Origin: Eledone cirrhosa
Taxonomy: Eukaryota
Reading direction: 5' to 3'
NCBI GenBank assembly: GCA_964016885.1
Contig: OZ024741.1
Coordinates: 32,364,001 to 32,428,000, forward strand
Length of the DNA: 64,000 nucleotides
The position numbers were made by a program, and so were the translations under genes. The notes under the pieces were generated by a model. The model was not told the origin of the DNA. It searched no databases and worked only from the letters and a program-made list of their open reading frames with translations. The first letter of the stretch is position 1, and every line of letters starts with the position of its first letter. Below, piece by piece: positions 1 to 11,899 of the stretch.

Positions 1-2702
1 CAACATGTCTGTAGAATATTTGTATTTATTCCAGATGTAATAAGCCTACATATCTCAGTTGTTATACAACATGGCTGTATAATATTTGTATTTATTCCAG
101 ATGTAATATGCCTACATATCTCAGTTGTTATACAACATGGCTGTATAATATTTGTATTTATTCCAGATGTAATAAACCTACATATCTCAGTTGTTATACA
201 ACATGTCTGTATAATATCTGTATTTATTCCAGATGTAATAAGCCTACATATCTCAGTTGTTATACAACATGGCTGTATAATATTTGTACTTATTCCAGAT
301 GTAATATGCCTACATATCTCAGTTGTTATACAACATGGCTGTATAATATTTGTATTTATTCCAGATGTAATAAGCCTACATATCTCAGTTGTTATACAAC
401 ATGGCTGTATAATATTTGTATTTATTCCAGATGTAATAAGACTACATATCTCAGTTGTTATACAACATGGCTGTATAATATTTATATTTATTCCAGATGT
501 AATACGCCTACACATCTCAGATGTTATACAACATGGCTGTATAATATTTGTATTTATTCCAGATCTAATAAGCCTACATATTTCAGTTGTTAAACAACAT
601 GGCTGTATAATATTTGTATTTATTCCAGATGTAATAAGCTCTACATATCTCAGTTGTTATACAACATGGCTGTATAATATTTATGTTTATTCCAGATGTA
701 ATAAGCCTACATATCTCAGTTGTTATACAACATGGCTGCATAATATTTGTATTTATTCCAGATGTAATAAGCCTACATATCTCAGTTGTTATACCATATG
801 GCTGTATAATATTTGTATTTATTCCAGACGTAATAAGCCTACATATCTAAGTTGTTATACAACATGGCTGTATAATATTTGTATTTATTCCAGATGTAAT
901 AAGCCTACACATCTCAGATTTTATACAACATGGCTGTATAACATTTTTATTTATTCCAGATATAATAACCCTACATTTCCCAGTTGTTATACAGCATGGC
1001 TGTATAATATTTGTATTTATTCCAGATGTAATAAGCCTACATATCTCAGTTGTTATACAACATGGCTGTATAATACTTGTATTTATTTCAGATGTAATAA
1101 GCCTACATATCTTAGATGTTATACAACATGGCTGTACACTATTTGTATTTATTCCAGATGTAATAAGCCTACATATCTCAGATGTTATACAACATGGCTG
1201 TATAATATTTGTATTTATTCCAGATGTAATAAGCCTACATATCTCAGTTGTTATACAACATGGCTGTATAATATTTGTATTTATTCCAGATGTAATAAGC
1301 CTACATATCTCAGATGTTATACAACATGGCTGTATAATATTTGTATTTATTCCAGATGTAATAAGCCTACATTTCGCAGTTGTTATACAGCATGGCTGTA
1401 GAATATTTGTATTTATTCCAGATGTAATAAGCGCACATATCTCAGTTGTTATACAACATGGCTGTATAATATTTGTATTTATTCCAGATGTAATAAGCCT
1501 ACATATCTCAGTTGTTATACAACATGGCTGTATAATATTTGTATTTATTCCAGATGTAATAAGCCTACATATATCAGATGTTATACAACATGGCTGTATA
1601 ATATTTGTATTTATTCCAGATGTAATAAGCCTACATATCTCAGTTGTTATACAACATGGCTGTATAATATTTGTATTTATTCCAGATGTAATAAGACTAC
1701 ATATCTCAGTTGTTATACAACATGACTGTATAATATTTGTATTTATTCCAGAAGTAATAAGCATACATATCTCAGATGTTATACAACATGGCTGTATAAT
1801 ATTTGTATTTATTCCAGATGTAATAAGCCTACATATCTCAGTTGTTATACAACATGGCTGTATAATATTTGTATTTATTCCAGATGTAATAAGCCTACAT
1901 ATCTCAGTTGTTATACAACATGGCTGTATAATATTTGTATTTATTACAGATGTAATAAGCCTACATATCTCAGTTTTTATACAACATGGCTGTATAATAT
2001 TTGTATTTATTCCAGATGTAATAAGCCTACGTATCTCAGTTGTTATACAACATGGCTGTATAATATTTGTATTTATTCCAGATGTAATAAGCCTACATAT
2101 CTCAGTTGTTATACAACATGGCTGTATAATATTTGTATTTATTCCAGATGTAATAAGCCTACATATCTCAGTTGTTATACAACATGGCTGTATAATATTT
2201 GTATTTATTCCAGATGTAATAAGCCTACATATCTCAGTTGTTATACAACATGGCTGTATAATATTTGTATTTATTCCAGATGTAATAAGCCTACATATCT
2301 CAGTTGTTATACAACATGGCTGTATAATATTTGTATTTATTCCAGATGTAATAAGCCTACATATCTCAGTTGTTATACAACATGGCTGTATAATATTTTT
2401 ATTTCTTCCAGATATAATAAGCCTACATATCTCAGATGTTATACAACATGGCTGTATAATATTTGTATTTATTCCAGATTTATTAAGCCTACATATCTCA
2501 GTTGTTATACAATATGGCTGTATAATATTTGTATTTATTCCAGATGTAATAAGCCTACATATCTCAGTTGTTATACAACATGGCTGTATAATATTTGTAT
2601 TTATTCCAGATGTAATAAGCCTACATATCTCAGTTGTTATACAACATGGCTGTATAATATTTGTATTTATTACAGATGTAATAAGCCTACATATCTCAGT
2701 TT

Positions 2703-5559
2703 TTATACAACATGGCTGTATAATATTTGTATTTATTCCAGATGTAATAAGCCTACGTATCTCAGTTGTTATACAACATGGCTGTATAATATTTGTATTT
2801 ATTCCAGATGTAATAAGACTACATATCTCAGTTGTTATACAACATGGCTGTATAATATTTATATTTATTCCAGATGTAATACGCCTACACATCTCAGATG
2901 TTATACAACATGGCTGTATAATATTTGTATTTATTCCAGATCTAATAAGCCTACATATTTCAGTTGTTAAACAACATGGCTGTATAATATTTGTATTTAT
3001 TCCAGATGTAATAAGCTCTACATATGTCAGTAGTTATACAACATGGCTGTATCATATTTGTGTTTATTCCAGATGTAATAAGCCTACATATCTCAGTTGT
3101 TATACAACATGGCTGTATAATATTTGTATTTATTCCAGATGTAATAAGCCTACATATCTCAGTTGTTATACAACATGGCTGTATAATATTTGTATTTATT
3201 CCAGACGTAATAAGACTACATATCTAAGTTGTTATACAACATGGCTGTATAATATTTGTATTTATTCCAGATGTAATAAGCCTACATATCTCAGATGTTA
3301 TACAACATGGCTGTATAATATTTTTATTTATTCCAGATGTAATAACCCTACATTTCCCAGTTGTTATACAGCATGGCTGTATAATATTTGTATTTATTCC
3401 AGATGTAATAAGCCTACATATCTCAGTTGTTATACAACATGGCTGTATAATATTTTTATTTCTTCCAGATATAATAAGCCTACATATCTCAGATGTTATA
3501 CAACATGGCTGTATAATATTTGTATTTATTCCAGATTTTTTAAGCCTACATATCTCAGTTGTTATACAACATGGCTGTATAATATTTGTATTTATTCCAG
3601 ATGTAATAAGCCTACATATCTCAGTTGTTATACAACATGGCTGTATAATATTTGTATTTATTACAGATGTAATAAGCCTACATATCTCAGTTTTTATACA
3701 ACATGGCTGTATAATATTTGTATTTATTCCAGATGTAATAAGCCTACATATCTCAGTTGTTATACAACATGGCTGTATAATATTTGTATTTATTCCAGAT
3801 GTAATAAGACTACATATCTCAGTTGTTATACAACATGGCTGTATAATATTTATATTTATTCCAGATGTAATACGCCTACACATCTCAGATGTTATACAAC
3901 ATGGCTGTATAATATTTGTATTTATTCCAGATCTAATAAGCCTACATATTTCAGTTGTTAAACAACATGGCTGTATAATATTTGTATTTATTCCAGATGT
4001 AATAAGCTCTACATATCTCAGTTGTTATACAACATGGCTGTATAATATTTATGTTTATTCCAGATGTAATAAGCCTACATATCTCAGTTGTTATACAACA
4101 TGGCTGTATAATATTTGTATTTATTCCAGACGTAATAAGCCTACATATCTAAGTTGTTATACAACATGGCTGTATAATATTTGTATTTATTCCAGATGTA
4201 ATAAGCCTACGTATCTCAGTTGTTATACAACATGGCTGTATAATATTTGTATTTATTCCAGATGTAATAAGACTACATATCTCAGTTGTTATACAACATG
4301 GCTGTATAATATTTATATTTATTCCAGATGTAATACGCCTACACATCTCAGATGTTATACAACATGGCTGTATAATATTTGTATTTATTCCAGATCTAAT
4401 AAGCCTACATATTTCAGTTGTTAAACAACATGGCTGTATAATATTTGTATTTATTCCAGATGTAATAAGCTCTACATATGTCAGTAGTTATACAACATGG
4501 CTGTATCATATTTGTGTTTATTCCAGATGTAATAAGCCTACATATCTCAGTTGTTATACAACATGGCTGTATAATATTTGTATTTATTCCAGATGTAATA
4601 AGCCTACATATCTCAGTTGTTATACAACATGGCTGTATAATATTTGTATTTATTCCAGACGTAATAAGACTACATATCTAAGTTGTTATACAACATGGCT
4701 GTATAATATTTGTATTTATTCCAGATGTAATAAGCCTACATATCTCAGATGTTATACAACATGGCTGTATAATATTTTTATTTATTCCAGATGTAATAAC
4801 CCTACATTTCCCAGTTGTTATACAGCATGGCTGTATAATATTTGTATTTATTCCAGATGTAATAAGCCTACATATCTCAGTTGTTATACAACATGGCTGT
4901 ATAATATTTTTATTTCTTCCAGATATAATAAGCCTACATATCTCAGATGTTATACAACATGGCTGTATAATATTTGTATTTATTCCAGATTTTTTAAGCC
5001 TACATATCTCAGTTGTTATACAACATGGCTGTATAATATTTGTATTTATTCCAGATGTAATAAGCCTACATATCTCAGTTGTTATACAACATGGCTGTAT
5101 AATATTTGTATTTATTACAGATGTAATAAGCCTACATATCTCAGTTTTTATACAACATGGCTGTATAATATTTGTATTTATTCCAGATGTAATAAGCCTA
5201 CATATCTCAGTTGTTATACAACATGGCTGTATAATATTTGTATTTATTCCAGATGTAATAAGACTACATATCTCAGTTGTTATACAACATGGCTGTATAA
5301 TATTTATATTTATTCCAGATGTAATACGCCTACACATCTCAGATGTTATACAACATGGCTGTATAATATTTGTATTTATTCCAGATCTAATAAGCCTACA
5401 TATTTCAGTTGTTAAACAACATGGCTGTATAATATTTGTATTTATTCCAGATGTAATAAGCTCTACATATCTCAGTTGTTATACAACATGGCTGTATAAT
5501 ATTTATGTTTATTCCAGATGTAATAAGCCTACATATCTCAGTTGTTATACAACATGGCT
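2703..5559. repeat. Tandem higher-order duplication, period 1454 bp (22 monomers + two 1-bp insertions)
   Basis: Identical ORF translations at 3024/4478 and at 3224-3883/4678-5337. Shared rare variants (CCTACGTATC ~2756/4210, ATATGTCAGTAG, CCAGATTTTT) lie at offset 1454. Confidence 0.9.
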
Positions 5560-5579
5560 GCATAATATTTGTATTTATT

Positions 5580-6900
5580 CCAGATGTAATAAGCCTACAT
5601 ATCTCAGTTGTTATACAACATGGCTGTATAATATTTGTATTTATTCCAGACGTAATAAGCCTACATATCTAAGTTGTTATACAACATGGCTGTATAATAT
5701 TTGTATTTATTCCAGATGTAATAAGCCTACATATCTCAGATTTTATACAACATGGCTGTATAACATTTTTATTTATTCCAGATGTAATAACCCTACATTT
5801 CCCAGTTGTTATACAGCATGGCTGTATAATATTTGTATTTATTCCAGATGTAATAAGCCTACATATCTCAGTTGTTATACAACATGGCTGTATAATACTT
5901 GTATTTATTTCAGATGTAATAAGCCTACATATCTTAGATGTTATACAACATGGCTGTACACTATTTGTATTTATTCCAGATGTAATAAGCCTACATATCT
6001 CAGATGTTATACAACATGGCTGTATACTATTTGTATTTATTCCAGATGTAATAAGCCTACATATCTCAGATGTTATACAACATGGCTGTATAATATTTGT
6101 ATTTATTCCAGATGTAATAAGCCTACATATCTCAGTTTTTATACAACATGGCTGTATAACATTTGTATTTATTGCAGATGTAATAAGCCTACATATCTCA
6201 GTTGTTATACAACATGTCTGTATAATATTTGTATTTATTCCAGATGTAATAAGCCTACATATCTCAGTTGTTATACAACATGGCTGTATAATATTTGTAT
6301 TTATTCCAGACGTAATAAGCCTACATATCTAAGTTGTTATACAACATGGCTGTATAATATTTGTATTTATTCCAGATGTAATAAGCCTACATATCTCAGA
6401 TTTTATACAACATGGCTGTATAACATTTTTATTTATTCCAGATGTAATAAGCCTACATTTCCCAGTTGTTATACAGCATGGCTGTATAATATTTGTATTT
6501 ATTCCAGATGTAATAAGCCTACATATCTCAGTTGTTATACAACATGGCTGTATAATACTTGTATTTATTTCAGATGTAATAAGCCTACATATCTTAGATG
6601 TTATACAACATGGCTGTACACTATTTGTATTTATTCCAGATGTAATAAGCCTACATATCTCAGATGTTATACAACATGGCTGTATAATATTTGTATTTAT
6701 TCCAGATGTAATAAGCCTACATATCTCAGATGTTATACAACATGGCTGTATAATATTTGTATTTATTCCAGATGTAATAAGCCTACATATCTCAGTTTTT
6801 ATACAACATGGCTGTATAATATTTGTATTTATTGCAGATGTAATAAGCCTACATATCTCAGTTGTTATACAACATGTCTGTATAATATTTGTATTTATTC
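5580..6900. repeat. Tandem 660-bp (10-monomer) duplication
   Basis: Sequence from 5641 and from 6301 carries the same ordered variants (GACGT..CTAAG, GATTTT..AACATTTTT, TTCCCAG, TACTTG..TTTCAG, CTTAG..TGTACAC). Confidence 0.88.
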
Positions 6901-8439
6901 CAGATGTAATAAGCCTACATATCTCAGTTGTTATACAACATGGCTGTATAATATTTGTATTTATTCCAGATGTAATAAGCCTACATATCTCAGTTGTTAT
7001 ACAACATGTCTGTATAATATTTGTATTTATTCCAGATGTAATAAGCCTACATATCTCAGTTGTTATACAACATGGCTGTATAATATTTGTATTTATTCCA
7101 GATGTAATATGCCTACATATCTCAGTTGTTATACAACATGGCTGTATAATATTTGTATTTATTCCAAATGTAATAAACCTACATATCTCAGTTGTTATAC
7201 AACATGTCTGTATAATATCTGTATTTAATCCAGATGTAATAAGCCTACATATCTCAGTTGTTATACAACATGGCTGTATAATATTTGTATTTATTCCAGA
7301 TGTAATATGCCTACATATCTCAGTTGTTATACAACATGGCTGTATAATATTTGTATTTATTCCAGATGTAATAAGCCTACATTTCGCAGTTGTTAAACAG
7401 CATGGCTGTATAATATTTGTATTTATTCCAGATGTAATAAGCCTACATATCTCAGATGTTATACAACATGGCTGTATAATATTTGTATTTATTCCATATG
7501 TAATACGCCTATATTTCGCAGTTGTTATACAGCATGGCTGTATAATATTTGTATTTATTCAAGATGTAATAAGCCTACATATCTCAATTGTCATACAACA
7601 TGGCTGTATAATATTTGTATTTATTCCAGATGTAATAAGCCTACATATCTCAGTTGTTATACAACATGTCTGTAAAATATTTGTATTTATTCCAGATGTA
7701 ATAAGCCTACATATCTCAGTTGTTATACAACATAGCTGTATAATATTTGTATTTATTCCAGATGTAATATGCCTACATATCTCAGTTGTTATACAACATG
7801 GCTGTATAATATTTGTATTTATTCCAGATGTAATAAACCTACATATCTCAGTTGTTATACAACATGTCTGTATAATATCTGTATTTATTCCAGATGTAAT
7901 AAGCCTACATATCTCAGTTGTTATACAACATGGCTGTATAATATTTGTACTTATTCCAGATGTAATATGCCTACATATCTCAGTTGTTATACAACATGGC
8001 TGTATAATATTTGTATTTATTCCAGATGTAATAAGCCTACATATCTCAGTTGTTATACAACATGGCTGTATAATATTTGTATTTATTCCAGATGTAATAA
8101 GACTACATATCTCAGTTGTTATACAACATGGCTGTATAATATTTATATTTATTCCAGATGTAATACGCCTACACATCTCAGATGTTATACAACATGGCTG
8201 TATAATATTTGTATTTATTCCAGATCTAATAAGCCTACATATTTCAGTTGTTAAACAACATGGCTGTATACTATTTGTATTTATTCCAGATGTAATAAGC
8301 TCTACATATCTCAGTTGTTATACAACATGGCTGTATAATATTTATGTTTATTCCAGATGTAATAAGCCTACATATCTCAGTTGTTATACAACATGGCTGC
8401 ATAATATTTGTATTTATTCCAGATGTAATAAGCCTACAT

Positions 8440-9780
8440 ATCTCAGTTGTTATACAACATGGCTGTATAATATTTGTATTTATTCCAGACGTAATAAGCC
8501 TACATATCTAAGTTGTTATACAACATGGCTGTATAATATTTGTATTTATTCCAGATGTAATAAGCCTACATATCTCAGATTTTATACAACATGGCTGTAT
8601 AACATTTTTATTTATTCCAGATGTAATAACCCTACATTTCCCAGTTGTTATACAGCATGGCTGTATAATATTTGTATTTATTCCAGATGTAATAAGCCTA
8701 CATATCTCAGTTGTTATACAACATGGCTGTATAATACTTGTATTTATTTCAGATGTAATAAGCCTACATATCTTAGATGTTATACAACATGGCTGTACAC
8801 TATTTGTATTTATTCCAGATGTAATAAGCCTACATATCTCAGATGTTATACAACATGGCTGTATAATATTTGTATTTATTCCAGATGTAATAAGCCTACA
8901 TATCTCAGATGTTATACAACATGGCTGTATAATATTTGTATTTATTCCAGATGTAATAAGCCTACATATCTCAGTTTTTATACAACATGGCTGTATAATA
9001 TTTGTATTTATTGCAGATGTAATAAGCCTACATATCTCAGTTGTTATACAACATGTCTGTATAATATTTGTATTTATTCCAGATGTAATAAGCCTACATA
9101 TCTCAGTTGTTATACAACGTGGCTGTATAATATTTGTATTTATTCCAGACGTAATAAGCCTACATATCTAAGTTGTTATACAACATGGCTGTATAATATT
9201 TGTATTTATTCCAGATGTAATAAGCCTACATATCTCAGATTTTATACAACATGGCTGTATAACATTTTTATTTATTCCAGATGTAATAACCCTACATTTC
9301 CCAGTTGTTATACAGCATGGCTGTATAATATTTGTATTTATTCCAGATGTAATAAGCCTACATATCTCAGTTGTTATACAACATGGCTGTATAATACTTG
9401 TATTTATTTCAGATGTAATAAGCCTACATATCTTAGATGTTATACAACATGGCTGTACACTATTTGTATTTATTCCAGATGTAATAAGCCTACATATCTC
9501 AGATGTTATACAACATGGCTGTATAATATTTGTATTTATTCCAGATGTAATAAGCCTACATATCTCAGATGTTATACAACATGGCTGTATAATATTTGTA
9601 TTTATTCCAGATGTAATAAGCCTACATATCTCAGTTTTTATACAACATGGCTGTATAATATTTGTATTTATTGCAGATGTAATAAGCCTACATATCTCAG
9701 TTGTTATACAACATGTCTGTATAATATTTGTATTTATTCCAGATGTAATAAGCCTACATATCTCAGTTGTTATACAACAT
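8440..9780. repeat. Second copy of the tandem 660-bp (10-monomer) duplication, 2839 bp downstream of the first
   Basis: Sequence from 8461 and from 9121 repeats at offset 660, with the same variant order as 5641/6301. Confidence 0.88.
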
Positions 9781-11899
9781 GGCTGTATAATATTTGTATT
9801 TATTCCAGATGTAATAAGCCTACATATCTCAGTTGTTATACAACATGTCTGTATAATATTTGAATTTATTCCAGATGTAATAAGCCTACATATCTCAGTT
9901 GTTATACAACATGGCTGTATAATATTTGTATTTATTCCAGATGTAATATGCCTACATATCTCAGTTGTTATACAACATGGCTGTATAATATTTGTATTTA
10001 TTCCAGATGTAATAAACCTACATATCTCAGTTGTTATACAACATGTCTGTATAATATCTGTATTTATTCCAGATGTAATAAGCCTACATATCTCAGTTGT
10101 TATACAACATGGCTGTATAATATTTTTATTTATTCCAGATGTAATATGCCTACATATCTCAGTTGTTATACAACATGGCTGTATAATATTTGTATTTATT
10201 CCAGATGTAATAAGCCTACATATCTCAGTTGTTATGCAACATGGCTGTATAATATTTGTATTTATTCCATATGTAATAAGCCTACATTTCGCAGTTCTCA
10301 TACAGCATGGCTGTATAATATTTGTATTTATTCAAGATGTAATAAGCCTACATATCTCAATTGTCATACAACATGGTTGTATAATATTTGTATTTATTCC
10401 AGATGTAATAAGCCTACATATCTCAGTTGTTATACAACATGGCTGTATAATATTTGTAATTATTCCAGATATAATAAGCCTACATATCTCAGATGTTATA
10501 CGACATGGCTGTATAATATTTGTATTTATTCCAGATGTAATAAGCCTACATATCTCAGATGTTATACAACATGGCTGTATACTATTTGAATTTATTCCAG
10601 ATGTGATAAGCCAACATATCTCAGTTGTTATACAACATGGCTGTATAATATTTGTATTTATTCCGGATGTAATAAGCCAACATATCTCAGTTGTTATACA
10701 ACATGGCTGTATAATATTTGTGTTTATTCCAGATGTAATAAGCCTACATATCTCAGTTGTTATACAACATGGCTGTATAATATTTGTATTTATTCCAGAT
10801 GTAATACGCCTACATATCTCAGATGTTATACAACATGGCTGTATAATATTTGTATTTATTCCAGATTAAATAAGCCTACATTTCGCAGTTGTTATACAGC
10901 ATGGCTGTATAATATTTGTATTTATTCCAGATGTAATAAGCCTACATATCTCAGTTGTTATACAACATGGCTGTATAATATTTGTATTTATTCCAGATGT
11001 AATAAGCCTACATATCTCAGTTGTTATACAACATGGCTGTATAATATTTGTATTTATTCCAGATCTAATAAGCCTACATATCTCAGTTGTTATACAACAT
11101 GGCTGTATAATATTCGTAATTATTCCAGATATAATAAGCCTACATATCTCAGATGTTATACAACATGGATGTATAATATTTGTATTTATTCCAGATGTAA
11201 TGAGCCTACATATCTCAGTTGTTATACCACATGGCTGTATAATATTTGTATTTATTCCAGCTGTAATAAGCCTACATATCTCAGTTGTTATACAACATGG
11301 CTGTATAATATTTGTATTTATTCCAGATGTAATAAGCCTACATATCTCAGATGTTATACAACATGGCTGTATAATATTTGTATTTATTCCAGATGTAATA
11401 AGCCTACATATCGCAGTTGTTATACAGCATGGCTGTATAATATTTGTATTTATTCCAGATGTAATAAGCCTACATATCTCAGATGTTATACAACATGGCT
11501 GTATAATATTTGTATTTATTCCAGATGTAATAAGCCTACATATCTCAGTTGTTATACAACATGGCTGTATAATATTTGTATTTATTCCAGATATAATAAG
11601 GCTACATATCTCAGATGTTATACAACATGGCTGTATAATATTTGTAATTATTCCAGATTTAATAAGCCTACATTCTCAGTTGTTATACAACATGGCTGTA
11701 TAATATTTGTATTTATTCCAGATGTAATAAGCCTACATATCTCAGTTGTTATACAACATGGCTGTATAATATTTGTATTTATTCCAGATGTAATAAGCCT
11801 ACATATCTCAGATGTTATACAACATGGCTGTATAATATTTGTATTTATTCCAGATGTAATAAGCCTACATATCTCAGTTGTTATACAACATGGCTGTAT

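Noticed and set aside
59-83. Sigma70 promoter in each unit (TTGTTA or TTGTCA ... TATAAT)
   Set aside because: The spacer is only 13 bp (15-19 needed), there is no TGn extended -10, and no downstream gene. TATAAT is expected by chance in AT-rich DNA.
67-132. LRR-like 22-aa repeat in the stop-containing frames under TAA=Gln recoding (LLHLE*IQILYSHVV*QLRYVG on minus; V*YLYLFQM**AYISQLLYNMA on plus)
   Set aside because: The hydrophobic spacing is only loosely LRR-like and the conserved Asn is missing. Recurrent variants introduce TGA in the minus frame, frameshifts are amplified, and nothing independent supports an alternative genetic code.
67-132. Absence of CpG in the consensus as evidence of methylation-driven decay
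   Set aside because: With 10 C and 9 G in 66 bp only about 1.4 CpG are expected, so zero is uninformative. CpG-creating variants such as TTCGCAG are common and persist.
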